64,000 bases of DNA from NCBI GenBank assembly GCA_032718475.1, contig JAUCBJ010008529.1, forward strand, positions 1-64,000, given 5' to 3'. Origin of the DNA: Nemertoderma westbladi (Eukaryota > Animalia > Xenacoelomorpha). The notes under the pieces are model-generated. The model was not told the DNA's origin. It ran no database searches and saw only the letters and a list, made by a program, of their open reading frames with translations. Below, piece after piece: positions 9,949 to 23,385 of this stretch. A program made the position numbers and the translations under genes. Numbering within the stretch: position 1 is the first letter of the stretch; each line of letters opens with the position of its first letter.

Positions 9949-12900
9949 ATGAACACCCATAGATCGGACTTACTTATATATAACACACAAGGTATTATTC
10001 GGCTAGATAAACGAAAGAACCTCGCAAATACTCTACTCACGTTAGATTATAATTTCCTGTGTTTATGTGAAACATGGTTAACACCAGATTTTAATGATAG
10101 GGAACTTTTTCTCAGTAAATATAACTTAGTTCGTGCAGAAAGACCAGGTAAACCCGATGGTGTATCCTCACATGGTGGTGCTTTAATCGCTATCAAATCC
10201 GGTATACCATATACCACACTAAACATCAAGGATGAGCTATCCGATAATTTTAATCTCTTAACCAGTGCCGTTTGTGCTTGTACTTGTATTTTAAACAATA
10301 GGAAAATTGGGCTTGTATGTATATACAATCCCCCAAGTGAAAGTATATATCGTATTCCAATATCCAATTTTATTATTCTTTTTAACATAATCAAAAACTG
10401 GGAAATAAATCTCAATGATTTAATTATTTGCGGTGACTTGAATCTGCCTAATGTGCATTGGGACTCATTTTTTTCTATTGATCCATATGAAAGTGCATTT
10501 TTAAATATTTTTGATGAATTTAATTGTAAACAATACGAATACATTCCCCACGAGAGGTACAAATACGCTAGACATATTGCTTTCGAACTCTAATAACCTA
10601 ATTGTGGATGTAAATTCATTTTTCGAAGGCTATAATCATTTGAAAACAAATTGTAAATCCGACCACCATCCAGTACAAGTCATACTAAATGCCACAATAT
10701 GTTTCCACCATTAACTCAACTAATCGTCATAGTTTCTGTAAACTTGATGTGGGTGTTGCCACAACCATCTGCACAAAGAACCCCTTCAACGTAAGGGTTG
10801 GACCCCATACAATAGAAGACCTAGATAATTTACTCACAATATGGTACGAATGGATTGGAAAAATAATTGAAGCTAGCGTACCAAGACGAACTCTCCATCG
10901 CTCAATCTTACCACCATGGGTTACCCAACACACCTCACACAAATTAAGGGGGGGGTACACCCCCCCTCAGGTCAAAATTTTCATTTTTTGTTTTTTTATT
11001 TCATCTAGAGTAGAATTTAATGCGGATTTCAAATCTGGAAACGGCTTAGCGAGATCTCTTTTACTTCTCGAGTAATGGCTGGTTTTCCGTCTGTATGTCT
11101 GTCTGTCTGTCCATCGAAATATTAAAAAGGGCATAAAATAAGCAATCTGAAAAGTTTACTGGTAGGATTTTTCTTAATGTCGATGTCTGTTTTAATATTT
11201 GGAATTATCTAATCACTATGTCTGTATCTTAGTCTGTCTCTCCGTTTGTCTGTCTGTTTGTATGTCTGTCTGTCTGTCAACATGTCCGTCAAATTTTAAT
11301 TAATATATATTTAATAGATATTTGTGAGTTTTGTATTACATATTGAACAGTTGTCTAATGGACTAGTTGTCTACTAGTAATAACAAATGTGAACCATCAT
11401 ATAACAATAGCTAGTAATAATTATTCTGGGAAACAACCATAAACTTATTTTTTTTAAATTTCGCAGGCTCTGAGAATAATTCACGTGCTGCGCGAAGTCT
11501 TCATGTGCAGCATGAACTTTTCATGTGCCGCGTGAAGGCTTCTCATTCTGATCAAAAAGCTTTCCGAGGTGCTCGATTAATTAATGTGCCTTCCTTGCTT
11601 TCCTTTCCTTTCCTACGTGAAACCTTCACCTGCTGCGCAAATGTCTCACGTGCTGCGCGAAGGTTTCACGTGCTGCGCGAAGGTTTCACGTGCTGCGCAA
11701 AGCTTAATGTTCAATGTAAAGGCTTATTATAAAATTATGTGGAAATTTTTATATAATTTTGAATGTTTCTTAAGGTTATCTCATTATTCCATGACTATTT
11801 ATTACTAAATGACAAAATAGTATGCGATCAAATCAATACGCCAAAATGTAATTTGTTCACGTGCTGCGCGAAGTGTTTTTTGGCAAGCACTCTAAAATTA
11901 TTTTAACAGGTTGTTAAAAGTGGGTAGGGGTTTTTTTGAACCAAATTTCATGAAATCCATTGAGAAATCACAAAATGTGGATAGGGGATAACCAATTGGA
12001 AAAGAAAAGGAGATACCAGTACTGAAAATAGCGGGAACATTTGAAATATATTGTTCTTAAACTTTAAATGCGTTTATCTCGGAATTGTATTTTTCACATT
12101 CAAAATACTACTACTCAGCCATTTCTTAACCAATTTTCGAAATTTTTTTTTTGTTTGATTTCTTTTCGGGTTTTGATCAAAAGTTATCGGTTAGAATTTT
12201 GAATTGTGCCATATTAATTTCTTGAAATTAGTTAATATCTATTAAGTAATAATTAATATTAGTTAATAATATTTAAAAAATATTTAAGACCTAAATAAAA
12301 AATGTAACCGATAAGTTTTGTGGAGCCGAGGATGCTGATTCAGAAAAACCAAGTTTCGAAAATTTTCGCCCAAAATTGTGAGACTAGTAGTGTTTTTAGT
12401 GAAATTAACAATTTCGCTGGTGGCCGCTAGAGGGCGACGCAAATTTGAAAATTTTTTTTTTGAACCCAATCTTTGGCCATATGTTAATCCCCCGAAAGGT
12501 ATAAAATATACAAAATTACACACAAGCAGAAATTATAGCCATTTGCAAAAAAGGTCCATAGGGGGGTGTACCCCCCCCTTAAACAAACTGAAAACATTGA
12601 AACGCAGAGTTAACAAATACCCCGAACACAACAAGCCACCACCATCTCTATTGAATAAACTACGAAATATGGAACACGAAATAAATACGGATCTAGAAAC
12701 TGACCAGGCTCAACATGAATGCAAACTAGCCAGTAGTCGCTCTATGCAACAACTCTATAAATACTTCAAATCTTTACGAAACACCAGTGCAATACCACCT
12801 CTTGTAACTTATAATGGGTATACCGCATGTACACCGGCAGAACAAGCAGACCTTTTTTCCGAATTCTTCCACTCAGTTTACAAAAAGCCAGCAATAAAAA

Positions 12901-14598
12901 CAGCAGCAATTACTCCTCCAACATTATCCCCCACTGAGGATCCCTACCACGATAATTTTATTGACGACTACGATGTGTCTGTATCCACTGTACAACTACT
13001 CCTAACATCACTAAATGTTACCAAAGCCAGAGGCCCCGATAACTTACCACCACGTTTCCTCCAACAACTAAGCGTACAACTAGCACCATCTTTATCTGCA
13101 TTATTTTTGGTGTTTAAAGACAACTGTTACTTTCCACGAGAATGGAAACATGCATCAATATCACCACGACATAAGAAGGGCAATAGAACTCCAGTACCGC
13201 TTTACCGTCCAATATCTTTACTTGCCATCCCCTCGAAAATGCTAGAACGATGTATCTACATGCCAATTTACAGCCATCTTCGTCCACTTTATCATCGCGC
13301 TCAGTACGGTTTTAGAAAAGGCCGCTCACCTGTTCTTCAACTGCTTGTGGTTTTAGATAAAATATATCACGCTATAGAAAATAATGATTCAACAATAGAA
13401 ATAATTTATCTAGACTTTCAAAAGGCTTTTGACTCTATATCTCATAGTTCGGTGCTACTAAAGTTATGGAAATTAGGAATTCGGGGAAAACTATGGGAAA
13501 TGATACGTAGCTATCTGTCAGATAGAACTCAATCAGTGAAAGTTGTGGATGCAGTGTCAAAAACTAAAGATGTTGACAGCGGGACTCCGCAAGGAAGTAT
13601 TCTAGCAACATTGTTATTCTTAGTAGAATCGAATGACCTACCGAACATTTGCACACAAACAGACCTTTATCTACTCGCTGACGATTGCAAACTTGTTTCC
13701 ATATATCCGACAACCAATCCCCCACAAATACAAGACGATTTAAATAAATTATCAGTCTGGGGTCAAAGTAACGGTCTTGAATTTAATATCAGCAAATGTA
13801 AACAACTTATCTTTCAAGGGCAGTCCAACGCAAAATTTATTAATAGCCATCCGATAGAACGAACCACCTCAGAAAAAGATCTGGGAGTCACCTTCTCATC
13901 GAATATTACCTGGACCGCTCACGTAACTGAAAAATGCAGTAAAGGAAACATAATAGGACAACAAGGAAACAACCTTCCAACTAATAAAACGTAACTGTGC
14001 ATCAAATCTTACCGCTCTATCGAAATTAAATATGTACAAATCTATGATTCTACCGATAATAACCTATGCATCACCATGTTGGTCTCCAAATAAACACGAC
14101 CTATCACGTATAGAGAGTCTACAACGACGTGCCACTATCTGGATACTACGAGATAATGAATCGACCTACACAGATCGGCTCAAATCACTTAACATACTCC
14201 CCCTTTCTCTCTACCTACAACTCCTAGATTTGATGACGCTGTCGAAGATTATCGCTGGAAAATGCGACATCAACTGGGAAGAACACCTCAAACTAAGCAG
14301 ACCATCAAACCAAAATACTCGTTCAAATGATCGGATCTTATTTAATGTTGTGCGGCCGAAGAAATGCAAGTCAGAACAAAACTTTTGGTTCCGAGTACCT
14401 TACATTGCAAATGTATTACCTAATCGAATCAATTTCTCAAACCATGTAGGGCTTAAATCTCGTCTGATCGATTTATTTTGGAGGTACTTCATTAAACACT
14501 ACTCAATTGATATTCCCTGTAGCTGGTCGGTGTGCTGCAGCTGCGTCTTGATGAACTGTAGAAATAATAACTCTCGTCTCGATGATTTATACCCATAG
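9949..14598 (+). pseudogene. Disrupted LINE ORF2 (endonuclease-RT)
   Basis: ORF pieces 9949-10593, 10511-10714, 10689-10947, 12583-13994 and 14032-14598 are collinear. They are separated by frameshifts and one 1.6 kb insertion. Confidence 0.88.
10948..12578. mobile_element. Non-autonomous DNA transposon, Kolobok-like (TTAA target duplication, purine termini)
   Basis: TTAA at 10944-10947 and 12579-12582, with 18 bp TIR GGGGGGGGTACACCCCCC. Removing it restores the LINE frame TSHK-LNKLKTLKRR. No transposase ORF. Internal (TGTC)n and TTCACGTGCTGCGCGAAGG repeats. Confidence 0.9.
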
Positions 14599-14675
14599 AT
14601 AACGACTTATATTCTATAATGCTTTATTTAATTAATACAAATTTTATTACACTTCACATCCACTCTAACCCTTTT

Positions 14676-14850
14676 AATACGTATTTACTGCATCTCATTT
14701 TAAATTTAATACGCATATATTTTATCTCATTTCTACGAAATCAGAGACCGACCCTTTTATTACGTATTTACTGCATCTCATTTTAAATTTAATACGCATA
14801 TATTTTATCTCATTTTTACGACATCAGAGACCGACCCTTTTATTAATACG
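14676..14850 (+). repeat. 83 bp tandem duplication in the LINE 3' UTR
   Basis: GTATTTACTGCATCTCATTTTAAATTTAATACGC... at 14681 and 14764. Confidence 0.85.
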
Positions 14851-15191
14851 TATATATATATCTCATCTTATTTTAATACAAATATTTCTATCTAATTTCA
14901 TATAACATCCAGTCTTCTGACCCTTTTAACTTCTTCGTTTAATCTCATAATTAGCACGGCCTTTTTGAGACCAATTACATACAGTAATAATTTTAACTCG
15001 ATGTATTTTAATGTACCTTAAATAATTATTAACTCATATTTTAAACTAAGTAATGTATGAAATGTATGTAATGTATCTTTTATGGGGGAAACCCCATCAC
15101 CATAAAATACTATAGTTAAATTGTCAATGCAGTCTTTGTTCAGTTCTAAGTTATGGTGTAAATTTATATTAATAATAATAATAATAATATA

Positions 15192-15238
15192 TTAAATCGC
15201 ATCAGAGATCCTATTGAGAGACTGTTACGTGCAATCAC
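15192..15238 (+). mobile_element. Continuation of the RTE-like RT after the CR1-like insertion
   Basis: Reads LNRIRDPIERLLR, which joins KLYDRSI (ending 8851) into the expected RT motif KLYxRxILNRIRxxIExxLR. Confidence 0.8.
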
Positions 15239-15269
15239 TTAACCCCCCCCCCCCCCCCCAACCCAATAG

Positions 15270-15503
15270 GTCTCTGCCAAAGCCCGATTTGATAGGCCAA
15301 AAGTTTTCCGCTTCGCTATGACGAAACCCGGTGAAGAAAGTTCCGACCTCGCCAGCACTCGCTCCTTGGTGATGACGTACAGCGAACGATTTCTAGCAAT
15401 GCAACCTGCGAAAGCGCAAAGTGAAAGGGAAGATATACTGATGGGGCGGATTCGCAGGGATGACGTCACACGAGCTTTACCGCACGAGAAGCTGCGTCTC
15501 TAT
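15270..15503 (+). CDS. CFAP92: CFAP92/KIAA1257-like gene, internal exon A (phase 0-0)
   Basis: Poly-C tract plus TAG acceptor and GTGAGT donor. 78 open codons, VSAKARFDRPKVFRF...KLRLY, in phase with the next exon. Confidence 0.7.
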
Positions 15504-15575
15504 GTGAGTGAATGACATTATTTGAATCTATAATTTCCAATCTGCGATACCTAAGAGACTACAAGGTGGACACTA

Positions 15576-16876
15576 ACACCACTCCAGCCAACCTCACACC
15601 ACCCCAGCCAACCTCACACCACCCCAGCCAACCTTACACCACCCCAGCCAACCTCACACCACACCAGCCAACCTTACACCACCCCAGCCAACCTCACACC
15701 ACCCCAGCCAACCTCACACCACCCCAGCCAACCTTACACCACCCCAGCCAACCTCACACCACTCCAGCCAACCTCACACCACCCCAGCCAACCTCACACT
15801 ACCCCAGCTAACCTCACACCACCCCAGCCAACCTCACACTACCCCAGCCAACCTCACACCACCCCAGCCAAACTAACACACCACCGGCTAACCTCACACC
15901 ACTCCAGTCAACCTCACACCACCCCAGCCAAGCTCACACCACCCCAGCCAATCTCACACCACCCCGGCCAACCTCACACCACCCCAGCCAACCTGACACC
16001 ACCCCAGCCAACCTCACACCACCCCAGCCAACCTCACACCACCCAGGCCAACCTCACACCACCCCAGCCAACCTCACACTACTACAGCCAACCTCACACC
16101 ACCGCCAGCCAACCTCACACCATCCCAGCCAACCTCACACCACCCCAGCCAACCTCACACCACCCCAGCCAACCTCACACTACTACAGCCAACCTCACAC
16201 CACCCCAGCCAAGCTCACACCATCCCAGCCAACCTAACACACCCCCGGCTAACCTCACACTATCCCAGCCAACCTCACACCACCGCAGCCAACCTCACAC
16301 CACCCCAGCCAACCTCACACCACCCCAGCCAACCTCACACCACCCCAGCCAACCTCACACTACTACAGCCAACCTCACACCACCCCAGCCAACCTCACAC
16401 CATCCCAGCCAACCTAACACACCCCCGGCTAACCTCACACTATCCCAGCCAACCTCACACCACCCCAGCCAAACTGACACCACCTCAGCAAACCTAACAC
16501 ACCCCCGGCCAACATCACACCACCCCAGCCAACCTCTACTACTACTACTACTACTAGGATCGGCATGGTGCATTGCAGCTGCATTTTTAAGAATGCTGTA
16601 CCGGCTTGTCGACAAAATTGCGCCGCCACAACTCCCTATCACCCATGACATTTGCTAGATCATCCGCATCTTCAAGGCCAGTGTCCTTTAAGATGCGTCT
16701 CAAGAATGTCATGGGCTGTCAACCATGCTTATTCACTCCATGAGGAGGACATTATTCACTCCAAAGCACAAGATTATGCACTGGCTGGTCCTCACGGCGA
16801 AAGCAGTTGGCGAAAACCAACCTCACACCACCCCCCAGCCAACCTAACATACCCCCGGCCAACCTCACACCACCAC
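15576..16876. repeat. 20 bp C/A-rich intronic minisatellite interrupted by a LINE fragment
   Basis: Unit ACCCCAGCCAACCTCACACC. Confidence 0.96.
16537..16816 (-). mobile_element. 3' end of an RTE-like LINE with (TAG)n tail
   Basis: The minus strand reads FANCFRREDQPVHNLVLW...TFLRRILKDTGLEDADDLANVMGDRELWR, then (TAG)7. CCAACCTC flanks both sides as a possible TSD. Confidence 0.8.
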
Positions 16877-16916
16877 ACTGAGTTTGTAATTTGGAATTTC
16901 TGGTTAAAAATTACAG

Positions 16917-17056
16917 GAATTGGGAATCGATATATCTCATCTCAGTAAGATGCAGACTTCGGACATACCTCACGGAGGTACCGATGATACTGCTGTACCT
17001 GTACCGGACAGCATCATAGCCATCCCCAAAGCCGATGCTGAAGTGGATGTCTCCAG
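16917..17056 (+). CDS. CFAP92: CFAP92-like exon B (phase 0-2)
   Basis: TTACAG acceptor and CAG|GTGAGA donor. Open frame ELGIDISHLSK...EVDVS. Supported by phase only, with no recognisable motif. Confidence 0.65.
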
Positions 17057-17196
17057 GTGAGATTATGGTGTTCATTATGATTTATTATTTATTATTCGTT
17101 TTATAAAATATTGGCCAAAATTAATGAAGTTAAATTGTTTCTTAAGGGTGCTTGGGGTGTGCCTATTTACATAATCATATTATTTATGGGTTTTAG

Positions 17197-17351
17197 GTCA
17201 TTTAGTCGTCTCGGTAGTTTGGCAGCGAAGGGAAATACCAATCATATAACTCCAGCTGTTCCAAAGTCGAAACATACCGACACAAGTTCACGACAGAACA
17301 AAAAGACCAACAAAACAACAGAAAAACACACCAGCAGGAAGCTTGGCAAAG
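17197..17351 (+). CDS. CFAP92: CFAP92-like exon C (phase 2-1)
   Basis: TTTTAG acceptor and weak AAG|GTGCTT donor. Reads SFSRLGSLAAKG...RKLGK, and its phases match both neighbours. Confidence 0.62.
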
Positions 17352-17361
17352 GTGCTTACCA

Positions 17362-20300
17362 ATATACAGGCTATCTGTTATTACATTATGGCACGATATA
17401 CAGGCTATCTGTTATTACATTATGGCACGATATACAGGCTATCTGTTATTACATTAGGGCACGATATACAGGCTATCTGTTATTACATTATGGCACGATA
17501 TACAGGCTATCTGTTATTACATTAGGGCACGATATACAGGCTATCTGTTATTACATTATGGCACGATATACAGGCTATCTGTTATTACATTATGGCACGA
17601 TATACAGGCTATCTGTTATTACATTATGGCACGATATACAGGCTATCTGTTATTACATTAGGGCACGATATACAGGCTATCTGTTATTACATTAGGGCAC
17701 GATATACAGGCTATCTGCTATTACATTATGGCACGATATACAGGCTATCTGTTATTACATTATGGCACGATATACAGGCTATTTGTTATTAAATTATGGC
17801 GTGATATACAGGCTATCTGTTATTACATTAGGGCACGATATACAGGCTATCTGTTATTACATTATGGCCCGATATACAGGCTATCTGTTATTACATTATG
17901 GCACGATATACAGGCTATTTGTTATTACATTATGGCACGATATACAGGCTATCTGTTATTACATTATGGCACGATATACAGGCTATCTGTTATTACATCA
18001 TGGCACGATATACAGGCTATCTGTTATTACATTATGGCACGATATACAGGCTATCTGCTATTACATTATGGCACGATATACAGGCTATCTGTTATTACAT
18101 TATGGCACGATATACAGGCTATCTGTTATTACATTATGGCACGATATACAGGCTATCTGCTATTACATTATGGCACGATATACAGGCTATCTGTTATTAC
18201 ATTATGGCACGATATACAGGCTATTTGTTATTAAATTATGGCGTGATATACAGGCTATCTGTTATTACATTATGACACGATATACAGGCTATTTGTTATT
18301 AAATTATGGCGTGATATACAGGCTATCTGTTATTACATTAGGGCACGATATACAGGCTATCTGTTATTACATTATGGCCCGATATACAGGCTAGCTGTTA
18401 TTACATTATGGCACGATATACAGGCTAGCTGTTATTACATTATGGCACGATATACAGGCTATCTGTTATTACATTATGGCACGATATACAGGCTATCTGT
18501 TATTACATTATGGCCCGATATACAGGCTATCTGTTATTACATTATGGCACGATATACAGGCTATCTGTTATTACATTATGGCCCGATATACAGGCTATCT
18601 GTTATTACATTAGGGCACGATATACAGGCTATCTGTTATTACATTATGGCACGATATACAGGCTATCTGTTATTACATTATGGCCCGATATACAGGCTAT
18701 CTGTTATTACATTATGGCACGATATACAGGCTATCTGTTATTACATTATGGCCCGATATACAGGCTATCTGTTATTACATTATGGCCCGATATACAGGCT
18801 ATCTGTTATTACATTATGGCACGATATACAGGCTATCTGTTATTACATTATGGCACGATATACAGGCTATCTGTTATTACATTATGGCCCGATATACAGG
18901 CTATCTGTTATTACATTATGGCCCGATATACAGGCTATCTGTTATTACATTATGGCACGATATACAGGCTATCTGTTATTACATTAGGGCACGATATACA
19001 GGCTATCTGTTATTACATTAGGGCACGATATACAGGCTATCTGTTATTACATTATGGCACGATATACAGGCTATCTGTTATTACATTAGGGCACGATATA
19101 CAGGCTATCTGTTATTACATTATGGCACGATATACAGGCTATCTGTTATTACATTAGGGCACGATATACAGGCTATCTGTTATTACATTATGGCACGATA
19201 TACAGGCTATCTGTTATTACATTAGGGCACGATATACAGGCTAGCTGTTATTACATTATGGCACGATATACAGGCTATCTGTTATTACATTATGGCACGA
19301 TATACAGGCTATCTGTTATTACATTAGGGCACGATATACAGGCTATCTGTTATTACATTATGGCACGATATACAGGCTATCTGTTATTACATTAGGGCAC
19401 GATATACAGGCTATCTGTTATTACATTATGGCACGATATACAGGCTATCTGTTATTACATTAGGGCACGATATACAGGCTATCTGTTATTACATTATGGC
19501 ACGATATACAGGCTATCTGTTATTACATTAGGGCACGATATACAGGCTAGCTGTTATTACATTAGGGCACGATATACAGGCTATCTGTTATTACATTATG
19601 GCACGATATACAGGCTATCTGTTATTACATTAGGGCACGATATACAGGCTATCTGTTATTACATTAGGGCACGATATACAGGCTATCTGTTATTACATTA
19701 TGGCACGATATACAGGCTATCTGTTATTACATTAGGGCACGATATACAGGCTATCTGTTATTACATTAGGGCACGATATACAGGCTATCTGTTATTACAT
19801 TATGGCACGATATACAGGCTAGCTGTTATTACATTATGGCACGATATACAGGCTATCTGTTATTACATTATGGCACGATATACAGGCTATCTGTTATTAC
19901 ATTAGGGCACGATATACAGGCTATCTGTTATTACATTAGGGCACGATATACAGGCTATCTGTTATTACATTAGGGCACGATATACAGGCTATCTGTTATT
20001 ACATTATGGCACGATATACAGGCTATCTGTTATTACATTAGGGCACGATATACAGGCTAGCTGTTATTACATTATGGCACGATATACAGGCTAGCTGTTA
20101 TTACATTAGGGCACGATATACAGGCTATCTGTTATTACATTATGGCACGATATACAGGCTATCTGTTATTACATTATGGCACGATATACAGGCTATCTGT
20201 TATTACATTAGGGCACGATATACAGGCTATCTGTTATTACATTATGGCACGATATACAGGCTATCTGTTATTACATTAGGGCACGATATACAGGCTATCT

Positions 20301-23178
20301 GTTATTACATTAGGGCACGATATACAGGCTATCTGTTATTACATTATGGCACGATATACAGGCTAGCTGTTATTACATGATGGCACGATATACAGGCTAT
20401 CTGTTATTACATTATGGCACGATATACAGGCTATCTGTTATTACATTAGGGCACGATATACAGGCTATCTGTTATTACATTAGGGCACGATATACAGGCT
20501 ATCTGTTATTACATTAGGGCACGATATACAGGCTATCTGTTATTACATTATGGCACGATATACAGGCTATCTGTTATTACATTAGGGCACGATATACAGG
20601 CTAGCTGTTATTACATTATGGCACGATATACAGGCTAGCTGTTATTACATTAGGGCACGATATACAGGCTATCTGTTATTACATTAGGGCACGATATACA
20701 GGCTAGCTGTTATTACATTATGGCACGATATACAGGCTAGCTGTTATTACATTAGGGCACGATATACAGGCTATCTGTTATTACATTATGGCCCGATATA
20801 CAGGCTATCTGTTATTACATTAGGGCACGATATACAGGCTATCTGTTATTACATTATGGCCCGATATACAGGCTATCTGTTATTACATTATGGCACGATA
20901 TACAGGCTATCTGTTATTACATTATGGCACGATATACAGGCTATCTGTTATTACATTAGGGCACGATATACAGGCTATCTGTTATTACATTATGGCCCGA
21001 TATACAGGCTATCTGTTATTACATTAGGGCACGATATTCAGGCTATCTGTTATTACATTATGGCCCGATATACAGGCTATCTGTTATTACATTATGGCAC
21101 GATATACAGGCTATCTGTTATTACATTATGGCACGATATACAGGCTATCTGTTATTGCATTATGGCACGATATACAGGCTATCTGTTATTACATTATGGC
21201 CCGATATACAGGCTATCTGTTATTACATTAGGGCACGATATACAGGCTATCTGTTATTACATTATGGCACGATATACAGGCTATCTGTTATTACATTAGG
21301 GCACGATATACAGGCTATCTGTTATTACATTATGGCACGATATACAGGCTATCTGTTATTACATTAGGGCACGATATACAGGCTATCTGTTATTACATTA
21401 TGGCACGATATACAGGCTATCTGTTATTACATTATGGCACGATATACAGGCTATCTGTTATTACATTATGGCACGATATACAGGCTATCTGTTATTACAT
21501 TATGGCACGATATACAGGCTATCTGTTATTACATTAGGGCACGATATACAGGCTATCTGTTATTACATTATGGCACGATATACAGGCTATCTGTTATTAC
21601 ATTAGGGCACGATATACAGGCTATCTGTTATTACATTATGGCACGATATACAGGCTATCTGTTATTACATTAGGGCACGATATACAGGCTATCTGTTATT
21701 ACATTATGGCACGATATACAGGCTATCTGTTATTACATTAGGGCACGATATACAGGCTATCTGTTATTACATTATGGCACGATATACAGGCTATCTGTTA
21801 TTGCATTATGGCACGATATACAGGCTATCTGTTATTGCATTATGGCACGATATACAGGCTATCTGTTATTGCATTATGGCACGATATACAGGCTATCTGT
21901 TATTACATTAGGGCACGATATACAGGCTATCTGTTATTACATTAGGGCACGATATACAGGCTATCTGTTATTGCATTATGGCACGATATACAGGCTATCT
22001 GTTATTACATTATGGCACGATATACAGGCTATCTGTTATTACATTAGGGCACGATATACAGGCTATCTGTTATTACATTAGGGCACGATATACAGGCTAT
22101 CTGTTATTACATTAGGGCACGATATACAGGCTATCTGTTATTACATTATGGCACGATATACAGGCTATCTGTTATTGCATTATGGCACGATATACAGGCT
22201 ATCTGTTATTACATTAGGGCACGATATACAGGCTATCTGTTATTACATTAGGGCACGATATACAGGCTATCTGTTATTGCATTATGGCACGATATACAGG
22301 CTATCTGTTATTACATTAGGGCACGATATACAGGCTATCTGTTATTACATTATGGCACGATATACAGGCTATCTGTTATTACATTAGGGCACGATATACA
22401 GGCTATCTGTTATTGCATTATGGCACGATATACAGGCTATCTGTTATTGCATTATGGCACGATATACAGGCTATCTGTTATTGCATTATGGCACGATATA
22501 CAGGCTATCTGTTATTACATTATGGCACGATATACAGGCTATCTGTTATTACATTAGGGCACGATATACAGGCTATCTGTTATTGCATTATGGCACGATA
22601 TACAGGCTATCTGTTATTACATTATGGCACGATATACAGGCTATCTGTTATTACATTAGGGCACGATATACAGGCTATCTGTTATTGCATTATGGCACGA
22701 TATACAGGCTATCTGTTATTACATTAGGGCACGATATACAGGCTATCTGTTATTGCATTATGGCACGATATACAGGCTATCTGTTATTACATTAGGGCAC
22801 GATATACAGGCTATCTGTTATTACATTATGGCACGATATACAGGCTATCTGTTATTACATTATGGCACGATATACAGGCTATCTGTTATTACATTAGGGC
22901 ACGATATACAGGCTATCTGTTATTGCATTATGGCACGATATACAGGCTATCTGTTATTACATTAGGGCACGATATACAGGCTATCTGTTATTGCATTATG
23001 GCACGATATACAGGCTATCTGTTATTACATTATGGCACGATATACAGGCTATCTGTTATTACATTAGGGCACGATATACAGGCTATCTGTTATTACATTA
23101 TGGCACGATATACAGGCTATCTGTTATTACATTAGGGCACGATATACAGGCTATCTGTTATTACATTATGGCACGATA
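17362..23178. repeat. 34 bp intronic satellite, about 170 copies
   Basis: Unit ATATACAGGCTATCTGTTATTACATTA(T/G)GGCACG. Confidence 0.98.
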
Positions 23179-23264
23179 CATTTGGTATTTTTCTTTTATA
23201 TTTTATTTCTTCATTATAATTCTGTCATTTAAATCGCAATAAAATTAATTAAATCGCGATCATC

Positions 23265-23385
23265 ATTGGTTTATTATTTGCTTTTTATATTTATAGTTCA
23301 GGTGATTGGTTCATTATTTGCTTTTTATATTTATAGTTCAGGTGATTGGTTTATTATTGCTTTACTGTATATTTTATCGCAGGTG
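23265..23385 (+). repeat. 40 bp triplication of the 3' splice-site region
   Basis: ATTGGT at 23265, 23305 and 23345. Each copy ends in CAG|GTG. Confidence 0.85.

Larger units (their letters stand above)
8852..15191 (+). mobile_element. 5'-truncated CR1/L2-group LINE inserted into the RTE-like element
   Basis: APE endonuclease (LCETWL, HGGALI, IYNPP, GDLNLP, LDILL, SDH) and RT (KARGPD, YRPISLL, QYGFR, YLDFQKAFD, GTPQGS, LADD, EKDLGV). A 3' UTR ends in a (TAA)n tail at about 15170-15189. TATA is present at both junctions. Confidence 0.9.

Noticed and set aside
8345-9952. 535 aa ORF as a real RT-repeat fusion protein
   Set aside because: It is a chance in-frame junction between a dead RTE fragment and the 5' end of an inserted LINE.
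12378-12578. N-terminal 67 aa of the 538 aa RT ORF
   Set aside because: This is read-through from the end of the inserted DNA transposon and not part of ORF2.
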